Shown: positions 38,576 to 51,137, counted from the stretch's first letter. The stretch: DNA of 64,000 nucleotides from Octopus vulgaris (GCA_951406725.2 OX597836.1:6076001-6140000); one strand, 5' to 3'. Notes: generated by a model from the letters alone, not told the origin. A program made the numbers and translations.

Positions 38576-38818
38576 GTTTTCTCTGTCACACAAACATATA
38601 TTTACGAGATGTAGGCACGGCTGTGCGGTTATAACTTCAGTTAGCAACATCATGGCTGAAAGTTCGATCCTGGTGTCTGAGCAAATGTCCTCTGCAAACA
38701 GCCTCTTGTTAGTCAATAGTCTTCGTTTGTGCATTTCTGTGTATACTTATGTGCGTGAGAGACGGAGAGAGTCTGTGTGTGCGAGGGAGAAAGAGAGAGA
38801 GAGGGGGGGTTAGTGTGT

Positions 38819-38860
<42 letters not shown>

Positions 38861-39160
38861 ATGTTGATGTGCGTGTAGGTTAGAATAGATTAAAAACGTA
38901 TTCGATTGCTTGTAGTTGTAAACTCTAAGGATCTAGCTTCAGTGTAACATTGATAACACCCGTACATTAAGCTAAAACTCGAGAATTCTGCGGAGAATTC
39001 ATTCATCCGAACCAATATTCCGTCAATATATGACTACAATTCATAGAACCACTAGAATTCGGGCGGTGGTAGCCGATTCCTGATTGAAATATTTCAGTTA
39101 AGCTGATAAACCTCCTTCAACCCATGTTTTCAATACATGTTCGATTCGAATATAAGTTTG

Positions 39161-39371
39161 TACAGTAATCCCTCGGCTATCGCGGGTTTTACGTTGCAAA
39201 ACCTCCCACAGGAATAATTAAAATCTAATAAAATATATACACCTATCGGGCGCAAAAACCCACGATATACTGAAGAGTCCGCGATATAAATTTACATATA
39301 TTAGCCAGAAAAATCCGCGATGTACTGAGTGCACGATGGTTGAACCGCGATGTACTGATGAACTATTGGTA
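39161..39371. mobile_element. Pogo/Tigger-like MITE, decayed
   Basis: TA-CAGTAATCCCTCGGCTATCGCGGG at the left end; degenerate complement CCGCGATGTACTGATGAACTATTGG-TA at the right end; internal CCGCGAT repeats. Confidence 0.6.
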
Positions 39372-39576
39372 CATACTACTTTTGTATATATAAGTATATA
39401 TAATTTTGAATATGTTACTTTTACGCCGGTAACAGATTCTTAATGTAATACATGAAAACGGTCTTCTGATTTTCCTCATATTTCTACTTATATTTTAGTG
39501 TCCATTTCGGACAAATCTGTTTGATGGCCTTCACGTGCGTGCAGGGTTTATCTCAAACCGGTAGCACCCCTTAGTA

Positions 39577-39860
39577 TCACTGCCTGGGGGAGACGAAGGA
39601 ATTTCCTAAGCTATCCTTAGTAGTCCTCGATCCAAAATTCCTCTGCAAGTGACTTGCCAGTTCCTTTTCGTCGACATTCGAAATGTTCCATGAGAACACC
39701 ATCACTCGCCCCAAGAATAGCCTTTTCAGCGATCCCGTAGCCCGACTGTTATGGAGCTGTAAACATCTGATGCCCTTTTCTGATTTCAAGCGCCTTCTCT
39801 GAGTCTTTGCTTCAGTCAGGACTACGACTCTGTCGAGAAGTCGAGCTGCAGAAAGACATG
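39577..39860 (-). pseudogene. Possible decayed LINE ORF1 (I/Nimb-like gag)
   Basis: RLLDRVVVLTEAKTQ...KSEKGIRCLQLHNSRATGSLKRLFLGRVMVFSWNISNVDEKELASHL resembles, by eye only, the I-clade ORF1 pattern LLxEVKxxxQSxKL...NSSKGVIFSRDLxxxDExEI. Confidence 0.35.
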
Positions 39861-40624
39861 CTTCATGAACGGTGGCTACACCGATGATACACCATCGGAC
39901 AATCGTTGCAGATGGCGTAACTTCAGCGTATGTAATTACATCATCAGTAATGGCATGGCTAAACCGCAATGTAGAAGGTGCTGTAAGAGTATGTTCTCTT
40001 TAACTACGTCAAAGGTTGCGTCCTTTTGCACAAGCAAATGACAAGCAGACACTCTAATCAGATCAAATGGTAATTAAGATAAGCAACGCCAATTAGACGG
40101 TAAATGAAAGCGATTTAGGTGTAAACCACTTCTATTCTACCTTTCAGCGATAGCCTCCTGTCGGCCCATTTCTGGGTAAGATTGACAATTCTGCTCGATA
40201 TCTGATCCTAGTCCCTAGTCACTTGGAGGTTGTCACTTAGCCAGATCTCGAGGTGTTCAAATGATCCTTCCGTACAGTATCGCAGGAAGTTGTCACAGGC
40301 ATAGACCTATCTCGCCGAGGTGCCGAGCTGTGATTCCACTGATTTTCACCACGGGCAGCGTATCATATTTTATTCTCTTTCCACTATACTGCATAGTCCT
40401 TTTTTTAATCTTTTGTATGCTGAGTGCTTTCTATCCAGGTCTTCTCTGAGGCAAGAGAGCCCAGCTTTTTGGGAGCTGCCCCTAACCACTGGGCCATTAA
40501 GCCTCCATAAATGTGCATGCTTTTGGATGTGTATGTATGTGTGTAAGAAATTAGTTTTATGGTTTACTCCTTTAAACAAAACCCGGATGGACTCACAATA
40601 AATCAGTTTATATTGTAGCGCTGA

Positions 40625-41035
40625 CGTGGCTGTGTGGTAAGACGCTTGCTTCGCAACCACTTGGTTCAGTCCCACTGTGTGGCACCTTGGACAACTGTCT
40701 TCTATTATAGAGGACGGCCGACCTAGGTCTTGTGGGTGTGTTTGGTAGACGGAGATTGAAATTACCCCATCGTATATACATGTGTGTGTTTGTGTATGTG
40801 TGAGTTTGTGTACACATGTTTGTGTGCCTTTGTGTCTGTTAATCCCCCTCCACTGCTTAAAAAACGGTGTTGGTGTGTTTATATCCTTTAAATTACCGGT
40901 TCTGCAATAGAGACGGAAGGAGAGAAGAACAACCAGGCTTGAAAAATAATGAAATAGTTGCGTCCATTCGTTCGACCAAAATTTTTCAAGACATGCCACA
41001 ACATAGCCGCAGTAACAAAACAAGTAAAAAAAAAA
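40625..41035 (+). mobile_element. SINE-B full length, diverged
   Basis: CGTGGCTGTGTGGTAAGACGCTTGCTT...GGCACCTTGGACAA...CATAGCCGCAGTAACAAAACAAGTAAAA. Confidence 0.8.
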
Positions 41036-41463
41036 AGAACGAAAAAAGATAAGAGATAATATAAAAATCCAAATATGCCAACCACTACAGAGACTGGCCT
41101 TCAATCACACGCCTGGTGTTGATCATGGCGTGATAAATTCCCAGACGTTGTTGGAGAAATAAGAAGTGGAGACCACTTTGACATAACTCGCTCACCTATT
41201 TGGAACGTCCAGATATACGACCTGTGGCAGACTGTTAAGTGTAAAGATTATTGATGGAAAGCGTCCAAAACCCACTTCAATCTGAACTTGAACTGGTGAC
41301 TTTGCGTTGGCAGAGAAAGAAAATTAGTTGCGTATATTCAAATTTCTTTCTCAGCTATGTGTGAAACCATCTCAGTTATTCATCGTTTCTTTATCTCCGC
41401 CATCTCTCTTTCCTTCCCTTTCTCTCTCTCTCTCTCTCTCTCTCCCTCTCTCTCTCTCTCATG

Positions 41464-41497
<34 letters not shown>

Positions 41498-41500
41498 ATG

Positions 41501-41637
<137 letters not shown>

Positions 41638-41771
41638 ATACATATATATATATGTGTGTGTGTGTGTGTGTATATATGTATATATAGAGAGAGATAGATA
41701 TATATATATGACTCTGTCTCTCCCTTTCCCTCTCTTTCTTCATCTGTTTGTTTCTGTTTGTTTATTTTGTG

Positions 41772-42092
41772 AAGGCGCGTGGTGGCTTAGTGGTTAAAGC
41801 ATTCGGCTCACGATCATAACGTCATGAGTTCTATTCCCGGCAACACGTCGTGTCCTTGAGCAAGACACTTTATTTCACATTGCTCCAGTCCACTCAGCTG
41901 GCAGAAATTGGTGGTACTTGTATTTCAAAGGGCCAGCCTTGTCCCACTCTGTGACACGCTGAATTTCCCGTAGAACTACGTTAAAGGTACACGTCTCTGT
42001 GGAGTGCTCAGCCACTTGCACATTAAGTTCACGAGCAAGCTGTTCCGTTGATCGTATCAGCTGGGACCCTCGTCGTCGTAACCGACGGAATG
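41772..42092 (+). mobile_element. SINE with C-type head and D-type tail
   Basis: GGCGCGTGGTGGCTTAGTGG...GTGTCCTTGAGCAAGACACTT...TATTTCAAAGGGCCAGCC...CCCTCGTCGTCGTAACCGACGGAATGC. Confidence 0.85.
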
Positions 42093-42224
42093 CTCCTTTT
42101 CTTTACTTTAAGCATCGTTGTGTGGTTAAGAATCTTGCTTTGCAGCCGTCTGATCTCGAGTTCAGTCCATCTGTGCGGCTCCTTCGACAAGTATTTTGTC
42201 CTTCAACTCCCGGGCCAGCACATA

Positions 42225-42638
42225 TTTTTCTCTACTTGAGGCACAAGGCCTCAGATTTTTGGGAAGGGGACCAGTCGATTACATCGATCCCAGTATTTCA
42301 CTGGTATTTAACTTGGTAGACGGAGACTGAAATTATCCCATCGTATATACATGTGTGTGTTTGTGTATGTGTGACTTTGTGTACACATGCTTGTGTGTCT
42401 TTCTGTCTGTTAATCCCCTTTCACTGGTTAACAAACGGTACTGGTGTGTTTATATCCCATAGCTTACCGGTTCAGCAACAGAGATGGAAGGAAATTAGTG
42501 AAATAGTTGCGTTCATTCGTTCGAAAGGATGAAAAGCAAAGTAGCCCTCGGTGGAATTTGAACTCAGAACGTAGCGACGGGAGAAATACCGCTAAACATT
42601 TCGTCCAGCGTGCTAACGATTCTGCCAGCTCGCCGCCT
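42225..42638 (-). mobile_element. SINE-A (tail 2) interrupted by a ~210-bp insert copied from 40742-40975
   Basis: Inverted SINE-A halves at 42225-42312 and 42522-42638 flank sequence matching the upstream SINE-B copy. Confidence 0.8.
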
Positions 42639-42663
42639 TTCGGGCCAGCCGTCATTCAATTGT

Positions 42664-42716
<53 letters not shown>

Positions 42717-43529
42717 TGTGTATACGTGTGTGTATATTATCTTTGTGCTTGTTCTTATGGTTATCTCCTACCAAAAGGTAGCGAGGTCAATTAGTTCAAC
42801 TAAGTCTTTCGAGGTTGCGTCGTTGAAGGCCGCAGTCCAATGACTAAAACAACAATATGACAGAAGCTAAAACATTTGAACTGAAGATAAATATTTGGAA
42901 CGAATACGGCTTGCTAACATGTCCCATGATTTCACTGATTGCCTGAGGTGTCTACGTAGTCGCATGTAGACGTAGATGCGCACTCTACTCTTCCACCCGT
43001 TCATCCACAGGCACATCGAGGATGCGTCAGCACTAGGGGGGGGGGGGAAGAGGCGGAGAAAAAGTTGTCTCAACACTCGGGTGCCACTCATATACAGCTG
43101 AAATGGCTGGAACAAATGAAATGAAGAGTTTTGCTTAAATTACCAAACGTACCGCTTGACCCTGAAATTGAACACACGTCGTTATGATCTCGAGCCATAT
43201 ACCGTTACTAACTACTCGCCGTGCTTCGACATGTGAGGTGTCCATTGCCTTCTGCATTTACATTTAGAAAATACAATATATTGTAAAGATAATTTATGGA
43301 CACACTCTATTTGTATAATATAAGTAATTGGCTATGTAGTGTTTTGTTAGTCTACACTGAAGAAGTACGGTATGCAGAAACAGGCTGTCTATGAGTGTAG
43401 AGCTAGTATGAAATATTAACTAGTAAATGTCTGTGCGATAAAACAGCTTGAGTCAATAATAATGATGCTTTTGAAGCAGAGATTAAACAAAGTAGTCTTT
43501 AATATAGTTTTTCTCTGAGACACGAATAA

Positions 43530-43892
43530 TGGTGAACCGAAATTGCCCGGCTGATACGTACATAAATACATGCATACATGTATACATACGTACACACAAA
43601 CACACACACAAACACATAAATGCATGCGTACATGATACACAGATACATGTATACATATGCATACATAGACATATATACATACACACACGCACACACAAAC
43701 ATACACATGAATGCATGCATATATAAATCATTGATATACATATATACATACAGACATACATACTTGGATACATACATACATACGTACATACATACATACG
43801 TACATACGTACATACATACATACATACATACATACATGCATACATTCATACATACATACATGCATTCATACATACATACATACATACATACA

Positions 43893-43926
<34 letters not shown>

Positions 43927-43980
43927 CATACATACATACATACATACATACATACATACATACATACATACATACATACG
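43530..43980. repeat. (CATA)n microsatellite
   Basis: Direct reading. Confidence 0.9.
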
Positions 43981-44228
43981 AGTGTGTGAACAAACAATGA
44001 AAGGCAAAGGCACTGAAAAGGACATGTAGTACGAATTACACGTAAAAATGCGTTTGATTCGGGCCCCATGCAAGTTTCAAAACTTCTTGCAGAGGTCTAG
44101 CTCGTCGCGGTCAGTTAGCCGAAGGGAGAGATACAGGAAGACTAAGATGGCTTCTGGCAACTGAACTTCTATTGGTCAAGGCGGGTCACATGATATTATG
44201 AAAAGGGAGATCGACATTCCATAGATAG

Positions 44229-44460
44229 TCGCATGGCGCAGTGGTTAGAGCGTCGGGCTTACGATCGTGAGGATGTGAGTTCTATTCCCGGACCGGGCTG
44301 CGTGTGTGTTCATGAGCAAAACATTTTATCTCACGTTGCACCAGTTAACTCAGCTGTAGAAATGAGCTGCGACTTCACTGGGGCCAAGGTGTATCGGCCC
44401 CTTTGCCTTTCCCTTGGATAACATCAGTGGTGTGGAGAGGGGAAGCTCTTATGCATGGGT
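44229..44460 (+). mobile_element. SINE-C
   Basis: CGCATGGCGCAGTGGTTAGAGCGTCGGGC...GAGTTCTATTCCCGG...CTCAGCTGTAGAAATGAG...TTTCCCTTGGATAACA. Confidence 0.85.
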
Positions 44461-44538
44461 GTGTAAACAACAAACAGATCTATTAGTTTAACGCTCGGGA
44501 AGTGAGAAAGTCTTTTACGTTTCAAGTCTACGCTCTTC

Positions 44539-44605
<67 letters not shown>

Positions 44606-45091
44606 TAATTCAAATAAGGTACCATTATCTTAAAAAAATTTTTTTTAATAATGATAGAGTGAAATGGCCAGCAAACATAATCCAAATATGCAAAAATATA
44701 TTTAAAAAGCCAGGGTAGAATATGTACCTGTTTGCCAGAAAGAAGAAAAAACTCTCCAAAACCAGGTAAATACGCACGGAGAATGTAGCAAATACATTTA
44801 GAAAAACGTCTGCCAAATCCACTCAAAAGGGTTTGGTCGGCATGAGACTATAGCAGAATACATTGTACAAGGTTCCACGCAGGGGGACTGAACAGTATGG
44901 TAGGGAAACACACTTCTTACCACGCAGCCTATTTTGCATTAATTTTTGACTATCATTCCTGTCTGCCATTATTTGATTTATATAGCCCCATTCTGTCCCT
45001 TATTTTCCCTTTTTTTCAACGATTTGTTGTGCACCTGGACACTACACACAATAAGCTCATTGTTAGCTTAATTCCTCAAGAGCTGAAAGTC

Positions 45092-45525
45092 AGTGAGCTG
45101 GCTGAAACCTTAACACGCTGGGCAAAATGTTCTGCGGTACTTCATCTGTCTTTCTGTTCTCAGTGCAAATTCCACCGAGGTCGACTTTGCCATTCTTCCT
45201 TTCGGGGTCGATTAAATAAGTACCAGTTATGCACTGGGGTCGATGTAATCGACTTAAACCCTTTGTCTGTCCTTGTTTGTGCCCTCTATGTTTAGCCCCC
45301 TGTGGGCAATAAAGGGATTAATTACTCAAAAGCCTGAAAGGCGGGGAGCTTTGCAGTACTTCATCTGTCTTTACGTTCTGAGTTCAAATTCCGCCGAGGT
45401 CGACTTTGCCTTTTATCTTTTTGGGGTCGATAAATTAAGTATCAGTTACGTACAGGGATCGATCTAATCGACTGCCCTCCTTCCCCTGCCCAAATTTTAG
45501 GCCTTGTGCCTAAAGTAGAAATGAA
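45092..45525 (+). mobile_element. SINE-A dimer (tail 1 unit plus tail 2 unit)
   Basis: Similar architecture to 18407-18810. Confidence 0.85.
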
Positions 45526-45761
45526 TTTCTCGAAAGCTGATACTTGTTAATTTAATTAGTAGTGATATTGTCTTGAGTTTTCGACGTCAAGAAACTTCCT
45601 TAAGATTTTTGTAGAATACAGGATAGCAGATCGACAATGCGGGTTTCAATTCCAATGTCTTCCAGTCTTTTACGTAGCAGATTGGATGTTGCAGCACTAA
45701 AGACACTGAGGTGCCAGGTCCTGATATTTCTCAATTTTTTCTATTTCTCTGGTATTTTCGA

Positions 45762-45884
45762 CGAACACTGGGACCGGTGTATTGCTGCACAAGGGGACTA
45801 TATCGAAGGAGGGGATGTTTAAACTTCTGTAAATATGTTATTCTTTATAAAACATGAACAGTTCCGTTTTAATACCACCTCGTA
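45762..45884 (+). mobile_element. Mariner transposon 3' end
   Basis: EHWDRCIAAQGDYIEGG matches the mariner C-terminal motif (RWxKCIxxxGDYFE); followed by a TIR-like end ...TTAATACCACCTCG-TA. Confidence 0.75.
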
Positions 45885-46008
45885 CTTCACTATTATACAG
45901 TATTACAATGTTTATGATCTTACATTGTTATTTTATTTTTTATTTTTTCGTGTTCGAAAACCACAACTTATTATTATTCTTCTAACACTCAATTGTTTTA
46001 CTTTTTCG

Positions 46009-46400
46009 AGGTGGTGAGCTGGTAGGATCGTTAGCACGTCCGACAAAACGTTTAATGTTTAAATTCCACCGAGATCGACTTCGCCTTTCATCCTTTCGTG
46101 GTCGATAAAATAAGTTCTAGTTTATCACTATGAGCGATATAACCCACTTACCCCAACACCTCGAATTTGCTGGCCCAGTGCCAGAATTTCATATCAATAA
46201 TTTCTAACTTTAATACAAGTTCAGGAGTTTCGAGAAAGGGACCAATCGATTAGATCGATACACACCAGTATTTAACTGGTACTTAATTATTTTATCGATC
46301 TCGGAAGAATAAAGAAGAAATTTAACCGCAGCATAATTTGAAAACTGACAGTAAAATGCCGGAACGTTTATGTATGGCGTTTTGTCCGTTATGCTAAGGC
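46009..46400. mobile_element. Two diverged SINE-A copies in tail-to-tail inverted orientation
   Basis: 46009-46200 on plus (GGTGGTGAGCTGGTAGGATCGTTAGCACG...CTTTCATCCTTTCG); ~46200-46400 on minus (ACTGGTACTTAA...TTATCGATC...). Confidence 0.65.
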
Positions 46401-46919
46401 ATACGCCAAAATATTTTGCAATGTCTACCGAAGTGAATCAAAAGTAATAATTATTCGATTTTTTTTGTCTTTTTGTTTAGATTTCTTTGCCAGACTGTGT
46501 TATAGATTGGTGGCGATGCCAACGTTTGTTTGTAATGAGCTGCAAAATACTGGCAAATCTTTCCGTAAATATATTGGCCAAAGCTACCGCGGTTTTGTTA
46601 AAATGGTGCTAAGTTATGGACGATTCGATTGTATCTGTTTCTTCACACCGGTTCCAGAACGCCAGATATTGGATGTGTGATTGTGTATGTGTGTGTGTGT
46701 GTGCGTATGTGTGTGTGTGTGTGTGTCAGTGTGTGTGGGAGGCGGGGGTGTAGGAGTCGGGGCGGCGTCTGTGGTTATTATTCTATCGATCAGTTTCACC
46801 TGATGTTTTCCTTGAATTGCGGTCATTGGTTTGAGTGATGTGCAGAAGCAGTTTGCGGCGAATACGCACGCTTCTCTGTGAATGTTTGTGCCCCTGTGTG
46901 CGTGAGTGTGAGTGTGTAT

Positions 46920-46968
<49 letters not shown>

Positions 46969-46983
46969 TGAGTGTTTGTGGTG

Positions 46984-47287
46984 AAGGTGCGTGGCGTAGT
47001 GGTTAGGGCTCTCGCCCGTAAGGTTCTGACAGCGCGTTGTGTCCTTCAACAAGACACTTTATTCCACGTTGTTCCAGCCCACTGAACTAGCAAAAATAAG
47101 TTGCCCCTTTAATTCAAAGGGCCAGGATTGTTCCCGTTCTGTGTCATCCTTAAATCTCTCTGATAATTTGATTAAGAGTATGCATATCTGTGGAGTGCTC
47201 AACCACTTGCACGTTAATTTCACGAGCTGGCTGTTCCGCTGATCAGATCAACCGGAACCCTCGTCGTCGCAACTGACGGAGTGCCAA
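46984..47287 (+). mobile_element. SINE with C-type head and D-type tail
   Basis: GGTGCGTGGCGTAGTGGTTAGGG...CAAGACACTTTATT...CCCTCGTCGTCGCAACTGACGGAGTGCC. Confidence 0.8.
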
Positions 47288-47874
47288 AATTTGTGAATGT
47301 GTGTGTGAGAAAGAGACAGAGAAGAAGAGAGAAAGAAAATAACAAAGCAGACAGACATACACAGATGGAAAGAGAGAACGTGAAACCATGGACAAGTGGT
47401 TAAGAAGTTCCTTTCGGAAGCTGGCGTCCCGGGTTCATTCCCACACCGCCACATTTTGAGCAAAAGTTTTATTCGTTTCATTTTTCAACGTACCCCTCGG
47501 ATGGACCCATGCTTTCTAAGCGAAAATGAAACGTCAAAAGCCTTCTAATGAAGTTTAGTAGAAGACACTTGACCAAGATGCCACGCATTGGAACTGAACC
47601 TGGTTATGACTTCTTAAGCAACAGTGAGCAGAAACGCAGAAGCTGCGAACTGAGACAAGAGACAGGGCTCCCTTATGATATTCCTGGCTGAGGAGATAAC
47701 CGCTCCGAAATGCATGCGTCCAACAGTGAGGTTAGGGGATACTATGGGCTGACTTTATGTTTAAACACACATTTTCTACAACGAGAAGACGTCTCGATGA
47801 CAAAATACAGTGAATGGCTGTCTTATGGGTTCGAATCTGCCTGAAGCATATTTGAACTGTTAACAAGCTTGTAC

Positions 47875-47940
<66 letters not shown>

Positions 47941-48080
47941 AATAAAGGGTAGCAAATATGAATCAGTATTTTTCATCTGGTGCTGACTGAAACCACGCAT
48001 GCGCGGTGAATTTCAAAAGTTAAAATATATATTGATGAGACATGTTGTTCTGTCTCTAAATTATATGTCAATGTTCTGGC

Positions 48081-48155
48081 GTAGCCACTGATGAGAACTT
48101 CGCTTAGCAAATTATTTTATTTGCTAATTGAAGTTCGAAATCTAGGTATGGCTGT
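48081..48155 (+). ncRNA. Type-I hammerhead ribozyme (minimal palindromic stem III, extended stem II)
   Basis: Stem I GTAGCCA/TGGCTGT; core CTGATGA (48088-48094); stem II GAACTTC/GAAGTTC extended by TTAGCAAAT/ATTTGCTAA; GAAA (48137-48140); stem III T-CTAG-G; cleavage triplet GUA with predicted cut after 48148. Confidence 0.85.
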
Positions 48156-48305
48156 AAAAACAAGATAAAAGTTTAAAATTTTGATTCCCTTTGAAATTGC
48201 TATTAAATGTGGTTTTGGACATTTTGACTGCTCCTTCTATCATGTAAGGCTGCCTGTTAAGGGTCGCTTCTTTTGTTTTTAAATGTACGCAAATTTTATA
48301 ATGGA

Positions 48306-48368
<63 letters not shown>

Positions 48369-49267
48369 CATATATATACATCAATGCTTAGCGCTGCCAT
48401 CCCGTATCTCATTTACGATGAGCCGCTGAAGAGCGTAACTAGTCATTGAGCGATGACGAGAATATCATATGATCTGTCTGTCGTGTCATTTCGCAGCATC
48501 TGCTATTTCGATCTCTGTTGCTGAAGAGGAGAGAATCACTCCGATGTACATGCGTCATACAATCCGGTTGGAGAGTGCTGTCAGCTGACTCGGTGTATTT
48601 ACTCCATATTTCTCTACACAGAGAAGTTTTCATCGCGACAAGCAGCAGTGAATGGTTTCTTTACGGGTTCGAATAAGCTTCAAGCATACTTGAACTGGTA
48701 ACAAGTTTGTACTCATACACATCACTATACATCAGAGTGTTTTTTAAAGCTATTAGTGCACAGCCCCATTGTGAGTCACTGGTTTATTATTATTTATGCA
48801 GAAAATTCCGATAAACCTAATCATTTTTTATGTGGTTACAACATTCCACAATTCCGTTACAACTAACATCAAAACAAACATTTTCATAGATTTGCCATGG
48901 ATATCGAAGAAATAGCCAGTCTACGGCTAGCAGTAATACTAGAATGGTTAGTACTTTCTGCTCATTTATTATCAGTTCAGAAATTTATCTTGGCCAAATT
49001 CCATCCGTATGTTCTTGAAAATGTCGTAACTAGGTCATATCTTTCACATATTTGGCATATCACCATTAGATTGGCGTATTACCATCAAGGAACAATCTAT
49101 GCTGTTTCTGTCTTAGAGTGGAAATTATGCTGTTGATCCCGGCTGGAGAATCATCAAAGTAAATCTCTCTCTCCTGGTAGAATCTGGATATTTTACTGTA
49201 GAATACAACTGTCTAGTGCCATTTTGTTCTGCTCCTCAAATGTCTGAATGGTAATTCAGCTTTTGTA

Positions 49268-49483
49268 TTGGTTTCGAATTATGGCACAAGGCTAGCAATT
49301 GCTGTGCTAGTGGTTAGGTCTATTACATTGACACCAGTGCTCAACTTGCATTTATTTTATCGACATCGAACGGATGAAATGCAAAGTCAACCTGAGCGGA
49401 ATTTGAACACAAAACGTAAAACGGACGAGGAACCGCTAAGCATGTTGCCCGGCATTGTTAACGATTGCGCCACCTCACCGCCC
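49268..49483 (-). mobile_element. SINE-A (tail 2), diverged
   Basis: Reverse-complement features: GGCACAAGGC..., GGATGAAATGCAAAGTCAACC...GGAATTTGAAC...TCACCGCC. Confidence 0.75.
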
Positions 49484-49554
49484 TAATCCAACTTACACAT
49501 TGAAGCACATAACGAAATACATAGTGAGGAATTTGTGTCTATCTGCGTATATGC

Positions 49555-49590
<36 letters not shown>

Positions 49591-49700
49591 AATTAATCTT
49601 GGTCTGTCTCGACTGGTTTCTCTTTTAACGCGCATGCACCAAAGCGCAAATGCATGCAGCCGAAGTCTGATAGACGGTGACACACGAACATACATACATC

Positions 49701-49736
<36 letters not shown>

Positions 49737-49755
49737 TATATATGCATATGCATAA

Positions 49756-49985
49756 GGCGGCGAGCTGGTAGATACGTTAGCACGCCGGGCGAAATTCGTA
49801 GCCGTATTTCGTCTGTCGTTACGTTCCGAGTTCAAATTCCGCCGAGGTCGACTTTGCCTTTCATCCTTTCGGGGTCGATAAATTAAGTACCAGTAACGCA
49901 CTGGGGTCGATGTAGTCGACTTAATCCCTTTGTCTGTCCTTGTTTGTCCCCTCTGTGTTTAGCCCCTTGTGGGTAGTAAAGAAAT
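49756..49985 (+). mobile_element. SINE-A, tail 1, young full-length copy
   Basis: GGCGGCGAGCTGG...GAGTTCAAATTCCGCCGAGGTCGACTTTGCCTTTCATCCTTTCGGGGTCGATAAA...TTTAGCCCCTTGTGGGTAGTAAAGAAATA. Confidence 0.92.
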
Positions 49986-50082
49986 ATATATATGCATATG
50001 CATATATATATATATATACATGTGTTTGTGTGTGTGTATATATGTGTGTATTCTGCGTTAATTTTGACATATTAATGTAAAT

Positions 50083-50147
<65 letters not shown>

Positions 50148-50470
50148 CATATAAATATTCATCGTCTGAATGTCTTCAAACTTTGCTTTCTGTTGCATGT
50201 ATGCATATCCAGTTTACATATTGAGGTGCTTATTGAAATACTTGTGTGTGTGTGTGTGTGTGTCTGTGTATGTGTGTGTGTGTGTGTGTGTGTCTATGTC
50301 TGTGTCTGTGTTTGTGTGTCTGTGTCTGTGTGTCTGTGTCTGTGTGTGTAATAAAATATGGCAGCTGTTCAGCAATGTATCACCAAAAAAGGGAAAACTA
50401 TAATTCTCATTAAACACGACAGATGGTGTTGGAACAGCTACAATGCTAGAAATAAGAGATATAAGACCCA

Positions 50471-50565
50471 CGGCAGTACATATTCTAAAACTGGAACCAT
50501 ACAGAGAAGACTGGCATGACCCTTACGCAAGGATGACACGCAAATTCGTGAAGCGTTCCATATTT
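50471..50565 (+). pseudogene. U6: U6 snRNA retro-pseudogene (lacks the first ~10 nt), fused to a retroelement 3' tail
   Basis: CGGCAGTACATATTCTAAAACTGGAACCATACAGAGAAGACTGGCATGACCCTTACGCAAGGATGACACGCAAATTCGTGAAGCGTTCCATATTT; ACAGAGA box intact, 3' ~40 nt identical to canonical U6 as I recall it, AGC triad changed to GGC. Confidence 0.95.
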
Positions 50566-50571
50566 AAGTAT

Positions 50572-50630
50572 AAAGCCGATGCTACAGCATGGCCGCTGTC
50601 AAATGACTGAAACAGGTTTAAGATTAAAAT
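50572..50630 (+). mobile_element. SINE-B/CR1-type 3' terminus joined to U6
   Basis: AAAGCCGATGCTACAGCATGGCCGCTGTCAAATGACTGAAACAGG matches the SINE-B tail (GGTGCTCCAGC.TGGCCGCAGTCAAATGACTGAAACAA). Confidence 0.8.
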
Positions 50631-51137
50631 ATATATAATTTTAAGGTATGGGGGAAATGCTCTCAGCTGAAACTTCATTGGTTGAAAAATGTCTAGCATT
50701 AATTTTTTTTTAATCAATCAAATCGTTCGCTGCCATTTTCTGTGTATATAAACACGTAACTTCAACAAGTCATAAGTTACGCCTTTTGTATGGACATATT
50801 CTCGTTTTAAATATGGCTTTTATCCAAATGCTTTTAACGAGACATAAAAAATATGTTTAAAAATATGTCGTTTTATATGCATTATAATATATATATGTAT
50901 GCGAGGGCGCGACTGTTCGGTTGGGGGTGTTGCATTTACGATCACGTGATTGGGGTTTCAGTTTCTGGCCCTAGAAGGGCGTTGTGTTCTTGAGCAAAAT
51001 ACGTCATCTCGCGTTGCTCTGCGGTCGCGTCGACATCTGACATGTTGTACACCGTGCGTCTGTTCGGACAACGTAGATTTGACGCAGTCGAATGATAAAA
51101 TGCACAAACCTTTTTGATCACTAGAAACGAGTCTGTA

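Noticed and set aside
50471-50565. Functional U6 gene
   Set aside because: 5' stem truncated, AGC triad and internal stem-loop mutated, no evident upstream TATA/PSE, and fused to a retroelement tail.
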